In this document: piece by piece, positions 11,301 through 20,696 of the stretch
How the letters are laid out: each line of letters opens with the position of its first letter
How positions within the stretch are numbered: position 1 is the first letter of the stretch
NCBI GenBank assembly: GCA_963806225.1
Contig: CAWDXG010000004.1
Span: forward strand, 4,000,001-4,064,000
DNA from: an uncultured delta proteobacterium
Lineage (GTDB): Bacteria; Myxococcota_A; Polyangia; Polyangiales; Polyangiaceae
Direction: 5' to 3'
Length of the DNA: 64,000 nucleotides
The notes under the pieces: model-generated
Seen by the model: the letters and a program-made list of their open reading frames with translations, nothing else
The model's database searches: none
What the model was told of the DNA's origin: nothing
Made by a program: the position numbers and the translations under genes

Positions 11301-11929
11301 TCCGCACCCCACACGTCGACGATGCCGCCGCGCAGCGCGAAGCTGCCCGGGTCCTCCACGACCGGCACGCGCAGGTAGCCCGCCGCGACGAGCTTCTGCG
11401 AGAGCACGGCCGTGTCGAGCTCCTCGCCGGCAACGAGGCGCGGCGCCGCCTCGGCCAGCACGCGCGCGGGCGGCACGCGACGGAGAAGCCCCGCGGGGGT
11501 CGTCACCAGAAAGCGCCACGACTCGCCCCGCGCGAGCCGGAACAGCGTGCTCGAACGCGCCATGGCCGCGCGGCGATCGGGATGCACCTCGGCGTAGGGG
11601 CTCGAATCGGACGGCACCAGGAGCAGTGTGTCGCCCTCGACGGCGTCGCCCAGAGCGCCGCCGAACGGCAGTCCCCGCGAGAGGTACGCGAGATCCGCGG
11701 CGGCGCGGCGCGCAGCGTCGTTGTCGGCCGCCACGTACAGCACCGGCGCCACGCGCGACAGCGCGCGGGCCACCAGCGCCGGCGCCGAACCTTCCGCCCC
11801 CACCACGTGCTGCACGGCGGCTCCCGCGACCGCGCGCTTTGCGGCGTCCGCTGCGGTGAGGATCGGACGATCGCCGGGCAGCCTGAGCGGCTCCGTGACG
11901 TCGTCGATCGGGGGCTCGGAGTCGGCCAT
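8309..11929 (-). CDS. mfd: Transcription-repair coupling factor
   Basis: UvrB-like region, RID (GDHVVHVEHGIGRY), GDVGFGKT, DEEQRFG, QLRGRVGR, TRCF C-terminus. Confidence 0.97.
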   Translation of the reverse strand: MADSEPPIDDVTEPLRLPGDRPILTAADAAKRAVAGAAVQHVVGAEGSAPALVARALSRVAPVLYVAADNDAARRAAADLAYLSRGLPFGGALGDAVEGDTLLLVPSDSSPYAEVHPDRRAAMARSSTLFRLARGESWRFLVTTPAGLLRRVPPARVLAEAAPRLVAGEELDTAVLSQKLVAAGYLRVPVVEDPGSFALRGGIVDVWGAEAELPVRAELDGDLVSSLRAFDPEDQRTLDAVEALWLAPAREAIVTPDTEDRALAVMRSLCDAVNYPSTKARRLSGDVSSGTAFFGAEGYLPAFYRLEPLLDSLPADAAVVVEDPVAVLRALDEELERAHEALAARAGAPHFPIDALYVERAELGREIALRSVVAAHRAGIAGAPPDEETGLERLGVVPPDAPTLAMRDQADLQRAVKTARLASGRQGALDPLVRRIDAWHEAGLSVAITARGATQAERVGALLSHRGVAVDVRVDDGGGRDSAAAQIVVGELSRGVIAPAEGFALVTEEEIFGQRRHRAPARKRSARAVLEDLRALAPGDHVVHVEHGIGRYLGLERRTIGDVSVELLVVEYQGGDKLFVPVYRLNQIQKYSGGEGSPRIDRLGGQSFAKTKAKVRRRVRQMADDLLRLYAERALMKKDPLPPPDDEYAAFEAGFPYEETRDQVQAISDVMRDLSDERVMDRLVCGDVGFGKTEVALRATFREVMHGRQVALLCPTTVLAQQHYLTFGTRLQDYPVDVRVLSRFESKKEQQDTLKGLKQGKVDVVVGTHRLLSKDVHFKNLGLLVVDEEQRFGVTHKERIKQIRQSVDALTLSATPIPRTLQMAVAGLRDMSLITTAPVDRRAIRTITSRFDESVVREAVERELSRGGQVFYVYNRVEGIHERAARLQSLVPTARIAIGHGQMSESALERTMLDFVAGEYDILVATAIIESGLDIPRANTMVIDRADLFGLAQLYQLRGRVGRSSERAYCYLLVPPPGQLSDEARMRIEALERYTELGSGFHIATLDMELRGAGELLGAEQSGFVASVGLDLFVQMLEDATHELRGEPVTQDVDPELSLDVDALLPDDYVDDVGVRLSLYKRLASAADEAEVDEIAAGMQDRFGPPPIEARRLVELMRLKTELRRLSALGLEARARSATLHLRDDTPLDPVKVGGLVARKGSPYKLTPDARLTRRALDTEAFPDGLGLADRMLSELGACLKADAAS

Positions 11930-12031
11930 CGGCGAGAGCCCCACCTAGCACATCAGCCGGGCCAGCGCGCCGGGCGTCGGCGGGACGCGAACCACTGACC
12001 GACGGGGCAGGAAGCGGCTTGCAGGCGCCCG

Positions 12032-12506
12032 CTAGTCCGACGCAGCGCGTAGCACGCCCTCGAATCGGTCGAGATCGTCCGCCACCAGCGGATCCACGCG
12101 CAGCGCGTCGTCGGCGACGCGGCGCAGCTTGGCCGGATCCATGTCGACCGCATAGGCGTGCCGCAGGAAGTGACGGGACTGCAAGAGCTCGCGCAACAGC
12201 GCCGCCGTCGCGGGCGACAGCACGCGCGGCCGTACGCGATCCACGTCCAGCTCCAGTTGATGCAGCAGATCCTGGTGCCAGCGGTCCGAGCGGCTCGGCG
12301 TGCCCTCGAAGGATGCGCTCGAAGGCGCTCTCGAGCGCGGAGTAGTAGTGGTGCAACGCCAAGGCCGCCACGGCGAGCCTCGCATCGCCCCCGGTCCACT
12401 CCGCGCCTGCCAACGCGCCTGCGACCACGTCGCGCTGGCGCTTCGCCGCCGCGCGGTCCGCGCGGATCTCCGCTACCAGGCGCAGGAGCTCGGCCGCTTC
12501 AGCCAT
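12032..12506 (-). pseudogene. HEPN (HepT-like) ribonuclease toxin, frameshifted near 12310
   Basis: N-terminal half LHHYYSALESAFERI and C-terminal half WHQDLL..RHFLRHAY (RX4H) lie in different frames. Confidence 0.8.
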
Positions 12507-12880
12507 GCAGCCGCTCCCGTTGTTGCGATGACGGTGGCGAGTGCTTGCGGCGCGTCCTCGAGCGTCACCAGATCCACGGGCACCGGCGCGCGCTCCTGGA
12601 CTTCCGAAAGTGCCGTGAAGTACCCGGACGGTGCCACGCCACGCACGGCCAGGTCCAGATCCGACCGCTCGTGCGGCGTGCCGCCCGAGAGCGATCCGAA
12701 CAGCCACACCTCGCGCGCTCCGTGTCGCTCGACCAGGATCTGCACCAGCTCTGGCAGCGCGGCGCGCATCGATTCGACGCGGCCTCGCACCCGGGCCTCG
12801 CGTTGCGCCCGCAAGCGCGCGAAATGCTGCCGGACGGTAGCACGAGCGCGGTGGCCGGGGAGGCCCTGGGGCACGCTCAT
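12473..12880 (-). CDS. Minimal nucleotidyltransferase (MNT) antitoxin
   Basis: VWLFGS-X10-DLD motif plus VDLV; directly upstream of the HEPN gene. Confidence 0.88.
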   Translation of the reverse strand: MSVPQGLPGHRARATVRQHFARLRAQREARVRGRVESMRAALPELVQILVERHGAREVWLFGSLSGGTPHERSDLDLAVRGVAPSGYFTALSEVQERAPVPVDLVTLEDAPQALATVIATTGAAAWLKRPSSCAW

Positions 12881-12983
12881 TGGCCCCTGTCACGTCTGGA
12901 TCGCGTAGAGCTGGCCCACGCGGAAATGGCACCGAGTCGATCGAAGCGCGCTTCTTCGACGGTCCTCCCGCGGCCCGGCAGCG

Positions 12984-14678
12984 TCACTTCGCGGGCACGC
13001 TGGCGGCCTCTCGGTTGCCGGGGATGAAGACCGAGACGCGGGTGCCACGGTCTATCCCGCTCTCGACCTCGATTGCGCCACCGAGCTGACGGACGAGGGC
13101 GGACACGGTCGACAGCCCCAGGCCGGACCCCTTGCCGACCTCCTTGGTCGTGAAGAACGGCTCGAACATCCTCAACCGCGTCGGCTTGTCCATCCCGACA
13201 CCCGAGTCCTTCACGTCGAGGCGCACGTAGTGGGCTTCCGCGCGGCAATCGTGGTGCGGCGGCAGCTCGTCCGACGGGAAGGTCCGGATCAACAAGGTGC
13301 CGCCCCCCGGCATCGCGTCGCGGGCATTGGCGCCGAGATTCAGCAGCATCTGCTCGAGCTGCACTTCGTCGGCGACGACGATCCACCCGGGCGCGCCGAG
13401 CTCGATTTCGACCGTGATCCACGCCGGGACGAGCCGCTCGACGAGCGCGCCCGCAACTTCGATCAAGTCGTCGATACGAATCGGCCTGGAGTCAACGTCC
13501 TGCTTGTAGGAAAACAACGTCAGCTGCCCGACCAGCTTGCTGCCTCGCTTCGCGGCGTTTGCTGCGCGGTCGATATGGTCATCTGCGCGCGGACGCGGGA
13601 TGCTATCGGCACGGGCCAGGCTCAAGCATCCCACAATGGCCTGGAGCACGTTGCCGAAGTCGTGCGCAACGCCGGCTGCGAACGCGCCGACAGCCTCCAT
13701 CTTCTGTGCATGGCGCAACCCTTCTTCGAGATCACGCTCGTTGGTGATGTCCTGGAAGACGAGCGCGTCCCGTGCGGTGCCGCCATCCTCTTCGGCGATC
13801 GGGAAGGCACGCGCGCGCAGCCAGCGGACTTGTCCGTCGGGCCTCTGGATGCGGTGCGCCTCGTCGAACGGGCGACCCTCGAGCGAACGCTCATAGGCTT
13901 CGCCAACGCGCTCTCGATCCGCCGGATGGACCCGGTCGAGCCACTGCGCGCCGGAGCGGCACAGGTCGGAGACCGGCATGCCCCAGATCCGCTCGAACGC
14001 CGGGCTGGCGTAGCTCACACTCCGCGTGTCGCGCCGGGCGAGCAAGAAGGCGTCGTCCACGCGCTCGGCGATCTGGCGGAACCTCGCCTCGCTCTCACGG
14101 CTCGAAGCCTGGGCCTTCGTCCGCGCCTGTTCGGCCTCGTGGACGCGGGACAGGTCGACAACGACAGCGCGGCACGTGGCGCGGGTTGCTGTCGCGCCGC
14201 TAGAGGCGACCGATTCGATGCGCACGGGGATCCCGCGGCCTCCAACCGTGATCCCCAGGTCGCAACCCTGCCTCATCAGACTGGTGAACACGTGCCTTAG
14301 ATGCAGATGAAACTTGTCCGCGTCATCGCGGGTCATGAAGGAACCCAGCGGCCGGCCGACGAGGCGCGCACGCTCGATGCCCAGAAGCGCCGCCGCGGCC
14401 AGATTGGCATCGCAGATCCTCCCTGAAGAGTCGAGGACCAGGTGCGCGACGGGCGCAAGGTCGTACAGCTCGCGATAGCGATCAAGGCTGGCGGAGATCT
14501 CGCTCTGCGCGTTCCTCAGCTCCTCGTTCTGCAGCTCCAGCTCGACCCGGTGCACCTCGAGCTCGTAGATCAGACGCCGGAGGTCCGCTTCGCGCGGTAC
14601 AGCACGCCTGACGCTCTCGTGCTGGAGCAACGTCTCGGCGCGTTGCCTCAGTTCTTCCAGACTTGTTGCTCTACCCAT
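12984..14678 (-). CDS. PAS-PAS sensor histidine kinase (no receiver domain)
   Basis: ELEVHRVELELQNEELR coiled coil, two PAS domains, H-box AHDFGN, NARDAM, DSGVGM, FEPFFTTK, GSGLGL. Confidence 0.93.
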   Translation of the reverse strand: MGRATSLEELRQRAETLLQHESVRRAVPREADLRRLIYELEVHRVELELQNEELRNAQSEISASLDRYRELYDLAPVAHLVLDSSGRICDANLAAAALLGIERARLVGRPLGSFMTRDDADKFHLHLRHVFTSLMRQGCDLGITVGGRGIPVRIESVASSGATATRATCRAVVVDLSRVHEAEQARTKAQASSRESEARFRQIAERVDDAFLLARRDTRSVSYASPAFERIWGMPVSDLCRSGAQWLDRVHPADRERVGEAYERSLEGRPFDEAHRIQRPDGQVRWLRARAFPIAEEDGGTARDALVFQDITNERDLEEGLRHAQKMEAVGAFAAGVAHDFGNVLQAIVGCLSLARADSIPRPRADDHIDRAANAAKRGSKLVGQLTLFSYKQDVDSRPIRIDDLIEVAGALVERLVPAWITVEIELGAPGWIVVADEVQLEQMLLNLGANARDAMPGGGTLLIRTFPSDELPPHHDCRAEAHYVRLDVKDSGVGMDKPTRLRMFEPFFTTKEVGKGSGLGLSTVSALVRQLGGAIEVESGIDRGTRVSVFIPGNREAASVPAK

Positions 14679-14838
14679 GCATCCCCCTGCGTCCGGAACT
14701 ATCGAACCGGCACGAAGCCGCAAGATACGAGGAGAGCGCAATGCGGGCGTCGCCGCAATAGGCGCCCACCGGAAACAATGGAAAGCCCCGGATTGTCTCC
14801 TGGAACTTTCGGCGCTTCGGCGAATAGCGCCAGCTCGG

Positions 14839-17136
14839 CTACTGCCAGTTGCAGGCGATCAGAACCGTGGCGCCCGGGATCGGGGTGACGTTCACAGGAA
14901 CGAAGCGGAGCAAGTCGTGTCGATCAGGTGGGCAGGACTTGATGAACGCTGGGTTGCCCTGCTGACCGCCGACGTAGCAAAAGCCGTTCACGCCCGCCTT
15001 GACCGTATCGTCCTGGAGGCAGCTCTCGAGCCCGGTCTGGTCCGTGAGCTGCTCGATCTGGCACAGGTTCATCTCGGTGCAGTCGGGCTGCCCCGAGCCG
15101 CCACACAATCCTTCCTTGCCGAGCGTCAGGCGCGCGGCGGCAGCGAGCTTGTACGCGGGCGCTGCGCGGCCCGGCTTGTTGCAGTCGGTGTTGCCTACGC
15201 TGACTGGCGTCGCCTCGAGCACCGCACAGGCCACCTGCTTCGTCGCCGGATCGGGTGTGAGTTCGTGCGGGAGGCACAGCGTATCCAGGCGCCCGTAGGA
15301 GTCGGACAGCGGTGCCACTCGCCCGAGGATGGCGTCGACGGCGGGGTTATCGCCGTAGACAGGATCCGCAGCAGAGCCCGTTGCCACCTTCGGGCAGATG
15401 GAAGCAACGATCGAATTGTCGCCGAAGTCCTTCAGTACCTGCAGCTGCCTCAGGCCAGGGTACGCCTTGGCAAAGTACTGCGTCGTGCCGTAGGCGCCGG
15501 TGGTCGGGTTCTGGCACAGCGGTTTGTTGGGCGAGGCGTAGGGCTGGCCGTACTGGGCGCAGTCCACCCCGTTCGGGCGGGGCGTAGCCAGCGGGAAGAT
15601 GCAGGCGTACTGCAGGTCATCGCGACCGGGAATGTCGTACTCGTGACCGTTCTCGGCATTCGCGCCCACGCCCGCGCCGGGCGGCGCAATAGCGTCGCCA
15701 GTGATGGGATTCTTGCCACTGCGCGGGTCGATCGACTCCTGCATCAACGGGTCCTTCGGCGGAATGTACTTGTTCACGTCGCCGACGATGTCGTCCCAGA
15801 TCCCCTCCTGCCCCAGCTCCGCGGCAGTCTTGTAGCGGAGCTTCGACGGGTCCTTCAGCGTGTCGTCGGTCGCAATGTCCTGCCACGGCACACCGGTGAT
15901 GGCCGCCAGGAACACCAGCAACCGATCGCGCGGGATCTTCCCGCTCTGGCTCAAATCCGCGAAGATCGGGTTGGCCTCGGGCGTGTCGTTCTTGCCGCAG
16001 GAAAGGTCGGGATTGTCCGGGCAGAGCTGCCGCTGGGTCAGCGCGTTGACGTAGCGCTGGGTCGGGTAGAGCAGATCCAGACCGAAGCGGCGCTTCTCCT
16101 GGAAACAGCGCAGGTTCAGCGCGTCTTCTTTGTTGGTGAAGGCGCCCTGGTTGCACGACGGATCCACCTTGATCGCCTGGCACCCCGGGGGTGGCGAGCT
16201 CTCGTGCAGTGCGCAGGAACGACAGCACGGGCTGTTCGGATCGGTGGCGCAGGCGGCGGTCGCGCGCGGCATGTGATCCTGGCGCGCTACCAGCCAGCCC
16301 AGGCCCGTGTCGGAGATGGAGCAGTCGTCCTCGTCCGTAAGCATGACGATGAAAAGAAGCGAGTCGGGGCGCAGGAAGTGTGCGCGCTCGTAGAGGATTT
16401 CCTGGTCCACGCCGGTGGGCGTGGAGTAGTTGTTGGTGACCTTCACGTCGAGCGGCGGAGCCGGATCGGCCAGGAAGCGATACCACGCCTCCAGCGACGA
16501 CTCGAAGCCGCAGCCCTGCTCGCCTGCAGCCGTCACGTAGTTCGTGAAGTCCGTCTTCACCTCTGCGCCGTGGGTGCCGTCGAAGTCGAGGAATCCGAGA
16601 TTCTGGTAGCTCGAAAGCCCAGCGCGCACTTTCGGCAGCAGGTGACCGTGGTCGTTGTTGTCGGGGTTCGATCCGCCCGGGGCCTGCGGGTTGCAGAAGT
16701 TATCGGGTGAACCGTGGCCGCCGAGGCTGGAGGAGATGACGCCGATGTGGATGTCACTGGCTGGCTGGTACTCCGGCGTCGGCCCAGAGCTGCCGGCTGG
16801 GCATGGCTGGCCGTTGGCGGGCGTGGCGTGGCCAACGGAGTCGGTGCAGACCTCGATCGGGTTGGTCAGACGGTCCACGAGCTCTGGAACGACCTGGGCC
16901 AGCAGCGCCTGCTTGTCCGCCATCGAGGTCGAGTTATCGATCATGAACAACAGGTCGAGCTTGTTGACCGACGGCCATCGGACCGTCGTGAAGGACGGAG
17001 CGGTGACAGTGCCGGACCCCTGCCCCGTGGTGCGACCTCCACACCCGGGCGCCAGCGCCAAAGCGAGCGCGAGCGGCAACAGACGCGCCCAACCAGCCCA
17101 GGCACAGCGCGGCGACAACCGATGGACCCCACTCAT
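14839..17136 (-). CDS. Large Cys-rich vWA-like lipoprotein (myxobacterial family)
   Basis: Lipobox APGC; LDLLFMIDNSTSM MIDAS-like DxSxS; GCGFESSLEA; LTDEDDCS. Confidence 0.75.
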   Translation of the reverse strand: MSGVHRLSPRCAWAGWARLLPLALALALAPGCGGRTTGQGSGTVTAPSFTTVRWPSVNKLDLLFMIDNSTSMADKQALLAQVVPELVDRLTNPIEVCTDSVGHATPANGQPCPAGSSGPTPEYQPASDIHIGVISSSLGGHGSPDNFCNPQAPGGSNPDNNDHGHLLPKVRAGLSSYQNLGFLDFDGTHGAEVKTDFTNYVTAAGEQGCGFESSLEAWYRFLADPAPPLDVKVTNNYSTPTGVDQEILYERAHFLRPDSLLFIVMLTDEDDCSISDTGLGWLVARQDHMPRATAACATDPNSPCCRSCALHESSPPPGCQAIKVDPSCNQGAFTNKEDALNLRCFQEKRRFGLDLLYPTQRYVNALTQRQLCPDNPDLSCGKNDTPEANPIFADLSQSGKIPRDRLLVFLAAITGVPWQDIATDDTLKDPSKLRYKTAAELGQEGIWDDIVGDVNKYIPPKDPLMQESIDPRSGKNPITGDAIAPPGAGVGANAENGHEYDIPGRDDLQYACIFPLATPRPNGVDCAQYGQPYASPNKPLCQNPTTGAYGTTQYFAKAYPGLRQLQVLKDFGDNSIVASICPKVATGSAADPVYGDNPAVDAILGRVAPLSDSYGRLDTLCLPHELTPDPATKQVACAVLEATPVSVGNTDCNKPGRAAPAYKLAAAARLTLGKEGLCGGSGQPDCTEMNLCQIEQLTDQTGLESCLQDDTVKAGVNGFCYVGGQQGNPAFIKSCPPDRHDLLRFVPVNVTPIPGATVLIACNWQ

Positions 17137-17248
17137 GACGACAAGAGTCGCATGCGGCGCGCCACAGTGAAACCCGGCCGATTCAGCGCTTCCGCCCAGG
17201 GGAAACCGTCAACCGGCCGTACGCGGCGTCAACCTGGTTGGCTGCTTG

Positions 17249-18292
17249 TCACAGGGATTTCGCCCAGGCCGGTGCGACCCTGCGCGGCCCCTGCGCATCG
17301 TCTTCGTCACCGGCGCGATCGGCTTCCCCGCGCAGCGCCGCAGCCAGGTAGTTCCGGGCGCGCAGCGTCCAGGCGCCGTCCGGGTGCTTGTCGAGGTGAG
17401 CGCGCAGCGCCTGGGCCGCAGCGGAGTAGTGCCCGAGCCGGTAGAAGAGCACGCCGCGGGCAAGCGCCGACAGGTACGACGGGTCGTGTTCCTCGAGAGT
17501 GGTGACGTAGGAGAGCTGGTTTCTGGTGCGCTCGTGCTCGTCGCGACCTTCGGGGTGCTGGAGCAGGAAGCCGTAGTACACGCGCCAGTCGTCGAGCGTG
17601 GGCGTGAAAGGATACGTCTCGAGCAGGCCCGAAAGGCCGGACCAGCGGATGCGGTACAGGACGGACCGCTCGGCGCGACTCATGAGCAATCGATGCGGCG
17701 GCGCGATCCAGCCGCTCGCACGCGCCTTGCGCAGGAAGTCCCCGCCGAGCTGCCGGAGATCGTCGTCGGCCGCGCCTGTCGCTTCCCAACGGAGAAGCGC
17801 TCGCTGGAACAGCCGGCTCTGCACCGCCCTGAGTCGCAGCAGCAGCTTGTCGCCGGCGCGACGGCGGGCCACGGCGGCCTGCACGCGCAGGTCCCCGAGC
17901 CCGCGTTCGGCGCGGACCGGTTCGTCGGCGGCTGCCGCGTCCCCGTAGCGCCGCATCAGCTCGCCCGCGGCGCGTACGTCGTAGGGCAGGATCTCTTCTT
18001 CAGCCTGGAGGGCGCGCTCGCCCTCGACGCGGAGCTCGCGCTCCACCTCGGGGTGATCCACGACCGGGCGCGGCAACACGTCGGGCGCCGCCGCCCGCGG
18101 CACCGCGACCAGCGCGCCGACGAGCGCAATCCCCACCGACACGACCGCCAGCTGCCAGCCCTCCAGGTGACGTTTCCAGCCGCTCTCAGGCTGTCGCGCG
18201 GCGCCCCCAACGCCCGCCTTGACACGATCGCCGCGCCGTCGCCACGATGGGCCTTCTGTCCGTGCGGCGCGGTCTTCGTCCGCGCCCGTCAT
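17249..18292 (-). CDS. Membrane-anchored hypothetical protein with C-terminal TPR; start uncertain
   Basis: Hydrophobic segment LAVVSVGIALVGALVAV; TPR-like ARGVLFYRLGHYSAAAQAL. Confidence 0.65.
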   Translation of the reverse strand: MTGADEDRAARTEGPSWRRRGDRVKAGVGGAARQPESGWKRHLEGWQLAVVSVGIALVGALVAVPRAAAPDVLPRPVVDHPEVERELRVEGERALQAEEEILPYDVRAAGELMRRYGDAAAADEPVRAERGLGDLRVQAAVARRRAGDKLLLRLRAVQSRLFQRALLRWEATGAADDDLRQLGGDFLRKARASGWIAPPHRLLMSRAERSVLYRIRWSGLSGLLETYPFTPTLDDWRVYYGFLLQHPEGRDEHERTRNQLSYVTTLEEHDPSYLSALARGVLFYRLGHYSAAAQALRAHLDKHPDGAWTLRARNYLAAALRGEADRAGDEDDAQGPRRVAPAWAKSL

Positions 18293-18315
18293 GGGGCCCT
18301 GCTCCCGAGGATGCC

Positions 18316-18618
18316 GTGGAAGAAAAGCGCGTTCACCCCAGAATCCCGATCAACGTCGACGTGTCGTGCGAGATGAAGGACGGGGCCGCCGTGACCGGTG
18401 TCGCCAAGGATCTGAGCCTGGGAGGCATGTTCATCGAGTCGGAGCAGGCGCCGCCGTTCGGGACGGATCTTACCATCGTCGGGCGCCTGCCTGGGGCGAG
18501 CAGCGAATCCCGCCTGCCCGGCGTGGTGCGCTGGACGAAGCCCGGCGGTTTCGGCATCCAGTTCGGCCTGCTCGGCGCCCGGGAGACGCACGCGATCTCG
18601 CAGCTGTTGAGGTACTGA
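18316..18618 (+). CDS. Single-domain PilZ protein
   Basis: RxxxR (RVHPR) and DLSLGG c-di-GMP motifs. Confidence 0.9.
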   Translation: MEEKRVHPRIPINVDVSCEMKDGAAVTGVAKDLSLGGMFIESEQAPPFGTDLTIVGRLPGASSESRLPGVVRWTKPGGFGIQFGLLGARETHAISQLLRY

Positions 18619-18633
18619 GGGAGGCCGCGGCGC

Positions 18634-19539
18634 CTACTCGTACGCCTCGAGCGCGGAGGGATCGACGCCCAGCGCGTCGAAAACCTGGCTCAGGCGCGCA
18701 CGAGGCACGGAAACGCGGGTCGGCATGCCACCGGCGAGGCCGAGCAGCTTCAGGAAGTCCAGACCGCTGTCGAAGCGGGCGGCCACGCTGACGGTGTTGC
18801 CGTCGATGACGATGCTGACCGTCTCGCGCTCCTGACCCAGCAGAAGCAGCAAGGTCTTGTCGATCCTGCCGACGCCGTGGGTCACGTCGACCACCGCGAC
18901 GTTGGGCGGCAGGCGCGCGTAGCGCTGCGCCGCGCGGCGCGTCTCCTCCTCGATCGGAACCAGCTCGGCAGCGGCCGCGTCGATCGGCTCCCACAGTGCC
19001 GCGTCGGAAAGTCCCGTAGCCAGGTGCCGCACGATCACGCCGAACAGCCCGCTGTCGCGCGGGCGGCCGCGAAGCGCGCGGTCGATACGCTCGGCGATAC
19101 GACTCGGCTTTCCGAGCCGGGTATCGATAGCGTAGGAATCCGCGTCGCAGCCTTCGTAGGGCTCGAGACCGCCCCGCATCCACTTGGCGGCGCTCGCCAG
19201 GCCGTCGAAGTCCGTGTGGCAGACGATGGTGTCGACGGCCCCGATGCGTTCGACCAGCGGCGGATCGATCATCTCCGGACAGGCGCCGTGCTCGGCCTTG
19301 GTGGAGAGCACGAAGCGGGGATCGCTGGCGTAGCGGGCGTGCTCCTCGTGGTCGTGGTGATCGACCCAGACGCGCAGCCGTTCGCCCAACCCGTCGATGA
19401 ACGGCTGGGTGATCTTCGGGAAGCCGCCGCCGCTGCCGGCGCCAGCGAAGGCGATATCCAGCACCGCCACCCGACCAGAAACCTGCCCTGGTTTCGGCAA
19501 CTTGCGAGGCGTCGCAAAGGAGAGAGCGGGAGCTAGCAT
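18634..19539 (-). CDS. DHH-family phosphoesterase-like protein (permuted motif order)
   Basis: VAVLD, WVDHH and CHTDFDG motifs; DHHA1-like C-terminal GG. Confidence 0.75.
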   Translation of the reverse strand: MLAPALSFATPRKLPKPGQVSGRVAVLDIAFAGAGSGGGFPKITQPFIDGLGERLRVWVDHHDHEEHARYASDPRFVLSTKAEHGACPEMIDPPLVERIGAVDTIVCHTDFDGLASAAKWMRGGLEPYEGCDADSYAIDTRLGKPSRIAERIDRALRGRPRDSGLFGVIVRHLATGLSDAALWEPIDAAAAELVPIEEETRRAAQRYARLPPNVAVVDVTHGVGRIDKTLLLLLGQERETVSIVIDGNTVSVAARFDSGLDFLKLLGLAGGMPTRVSVPRARLSQVFDALGVDPSALEAYE

Positions 19540-19625
19540 ACCTGGCGACCTGGTCCGTCCAACGGTTGTGTGGCGCGCGAGACGCCGTATTCTGGAGAGA
19601 AAGGCGGAAAGGAGAAGGAGATAGC

Positions 19626-20666
19626 ATGAGTCGACTGCGCACAGCCCTCGCCGGCGGTTTGCTGGCCCTGCCCGCACTGGCCTTTGCGCTCTCGGGCGGC
19701 CCGGCCCGGGCCCAGACGGCGGCCTCGAACGGCGCCGGGAGCCAATGCGTGCTGCGCGGAGTGGTGCGAATGCCGGCCAATCTGCCCATCTACGACAAGT
19801 CCAGCGGCGGCGATGCGTTCGCCCGCTTCACGGGCAGCGATACAGCCCTGGCCGCTAGCGACTTCCCGGCCGACCCGAAGAAAGGTCGCGCCCAGATCCA
19901 GACCGGCACCGGCACCGGCAGCTTCCGCGTCGCCGGCTACACCGACGCGACGCGCATCCCGGTGCATACGGACGTGGCCATCCCGATCGTGTCGGGGCAC
20001 CTGTACATCGGCGCCAAGCGCAAGGTGAACGTCATCGCCGCCAGCACCGGTCGGCTGAAGATCCAGCAGCAGCTCAAGAAGCCCATCCAACAGACCTTCA
20101 CGGCCTGGGCTTCGTGCAGCACGCTGACACTGACGACCAGCACGCCTCCGGGCTGGAGCGTACCCGGCCGCTCGCGCGGATACGTCGTCAAGCAGGACCA
20201 GGTCACGCTCTACGACGACTGGCATCCAGGTCGCAGCGAGGTCACCGCGCTCAACCGCGCACCGGGCGGGAACGGGATTCTGCTCTGGAGCGACAAGCGC
20301 CGGGGCGCCTTCGTGCACGTCGAGTACCACGGCGCCATCACGCTCAACGCCTGGGCGCGTGCTCGCGACCTGAAGGCGCTACCGCCGGGCGAGACGATGG
20401 ACGAGCTGGCGGGCCCCGTGACGAAGCCGAATCCGCCGCGCCTGCAGCTGCAGAGCAACCCGCAGGTCGTCAAGACGACCAAGGAAGTCCCACTGCGCAT
20501 CGAGGCCAAGGACGACGGCAAGGTCGTCGGCTTGATCGAGAAGGACACCGAAACCTACGTCATCGACACGGTGGCCGGCTGGGCCAACGTGCTGCCGAAA
20601 GCGCTGAACATCGCGCCCTATGGCGGCCACCAGTTCTGGGTGAAGGCGAGCGACCTCGGGTTGTAG
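19626..20666 (+). CDS. Secreted protein, possibly with SH3b-like repeats
   Basis: SD AGGAG, signal peptide; beta-rich segments ending in AWARARDL and FWVKASDL. Confidence 0.7.
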   Translation: MSRLRTALAGGLLALPALAFALSGGPARAQTAASNGAGSQCVLRGVVRMPANLPIYDKSSGGDAFARFTGSDTALAASDFPADPKKGRAQIQTGTGTGSFRVAGYTDATRIPVHTDVAIPIVSGHLYIGAKRKVNVIAASTGRLKIQQQLKKPIQQTFTAWASCSTLTLTTSTPPGWSVPGRSRGYVVKQDQVTLYDDWHPGRSEVTALNRAPGGNGILLWSDKRRGAFVHVEYHGAITLNAWARARDLKALPPGETMDELAGPVTKPNPPRLQLQSNPQVVKTTKEVPLRIEAKDDGKVVGLIEKDTETYVIDTVAGWANVLPKALNIAPYGGHQFWVKASDLGL

Positions 20667-20696
20667 GGCGCGGGGGCAGCGCGTAGGCTGCCGCGC

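Noticed and set aside
8507..12932. Very long alternative-frame and antisense ORFs (1163 aa, 1006 aa and many others)
   Set aside because: Arg/Ala/Pro-rich shadows of real genes, expected at high GC with strong GC3 bias
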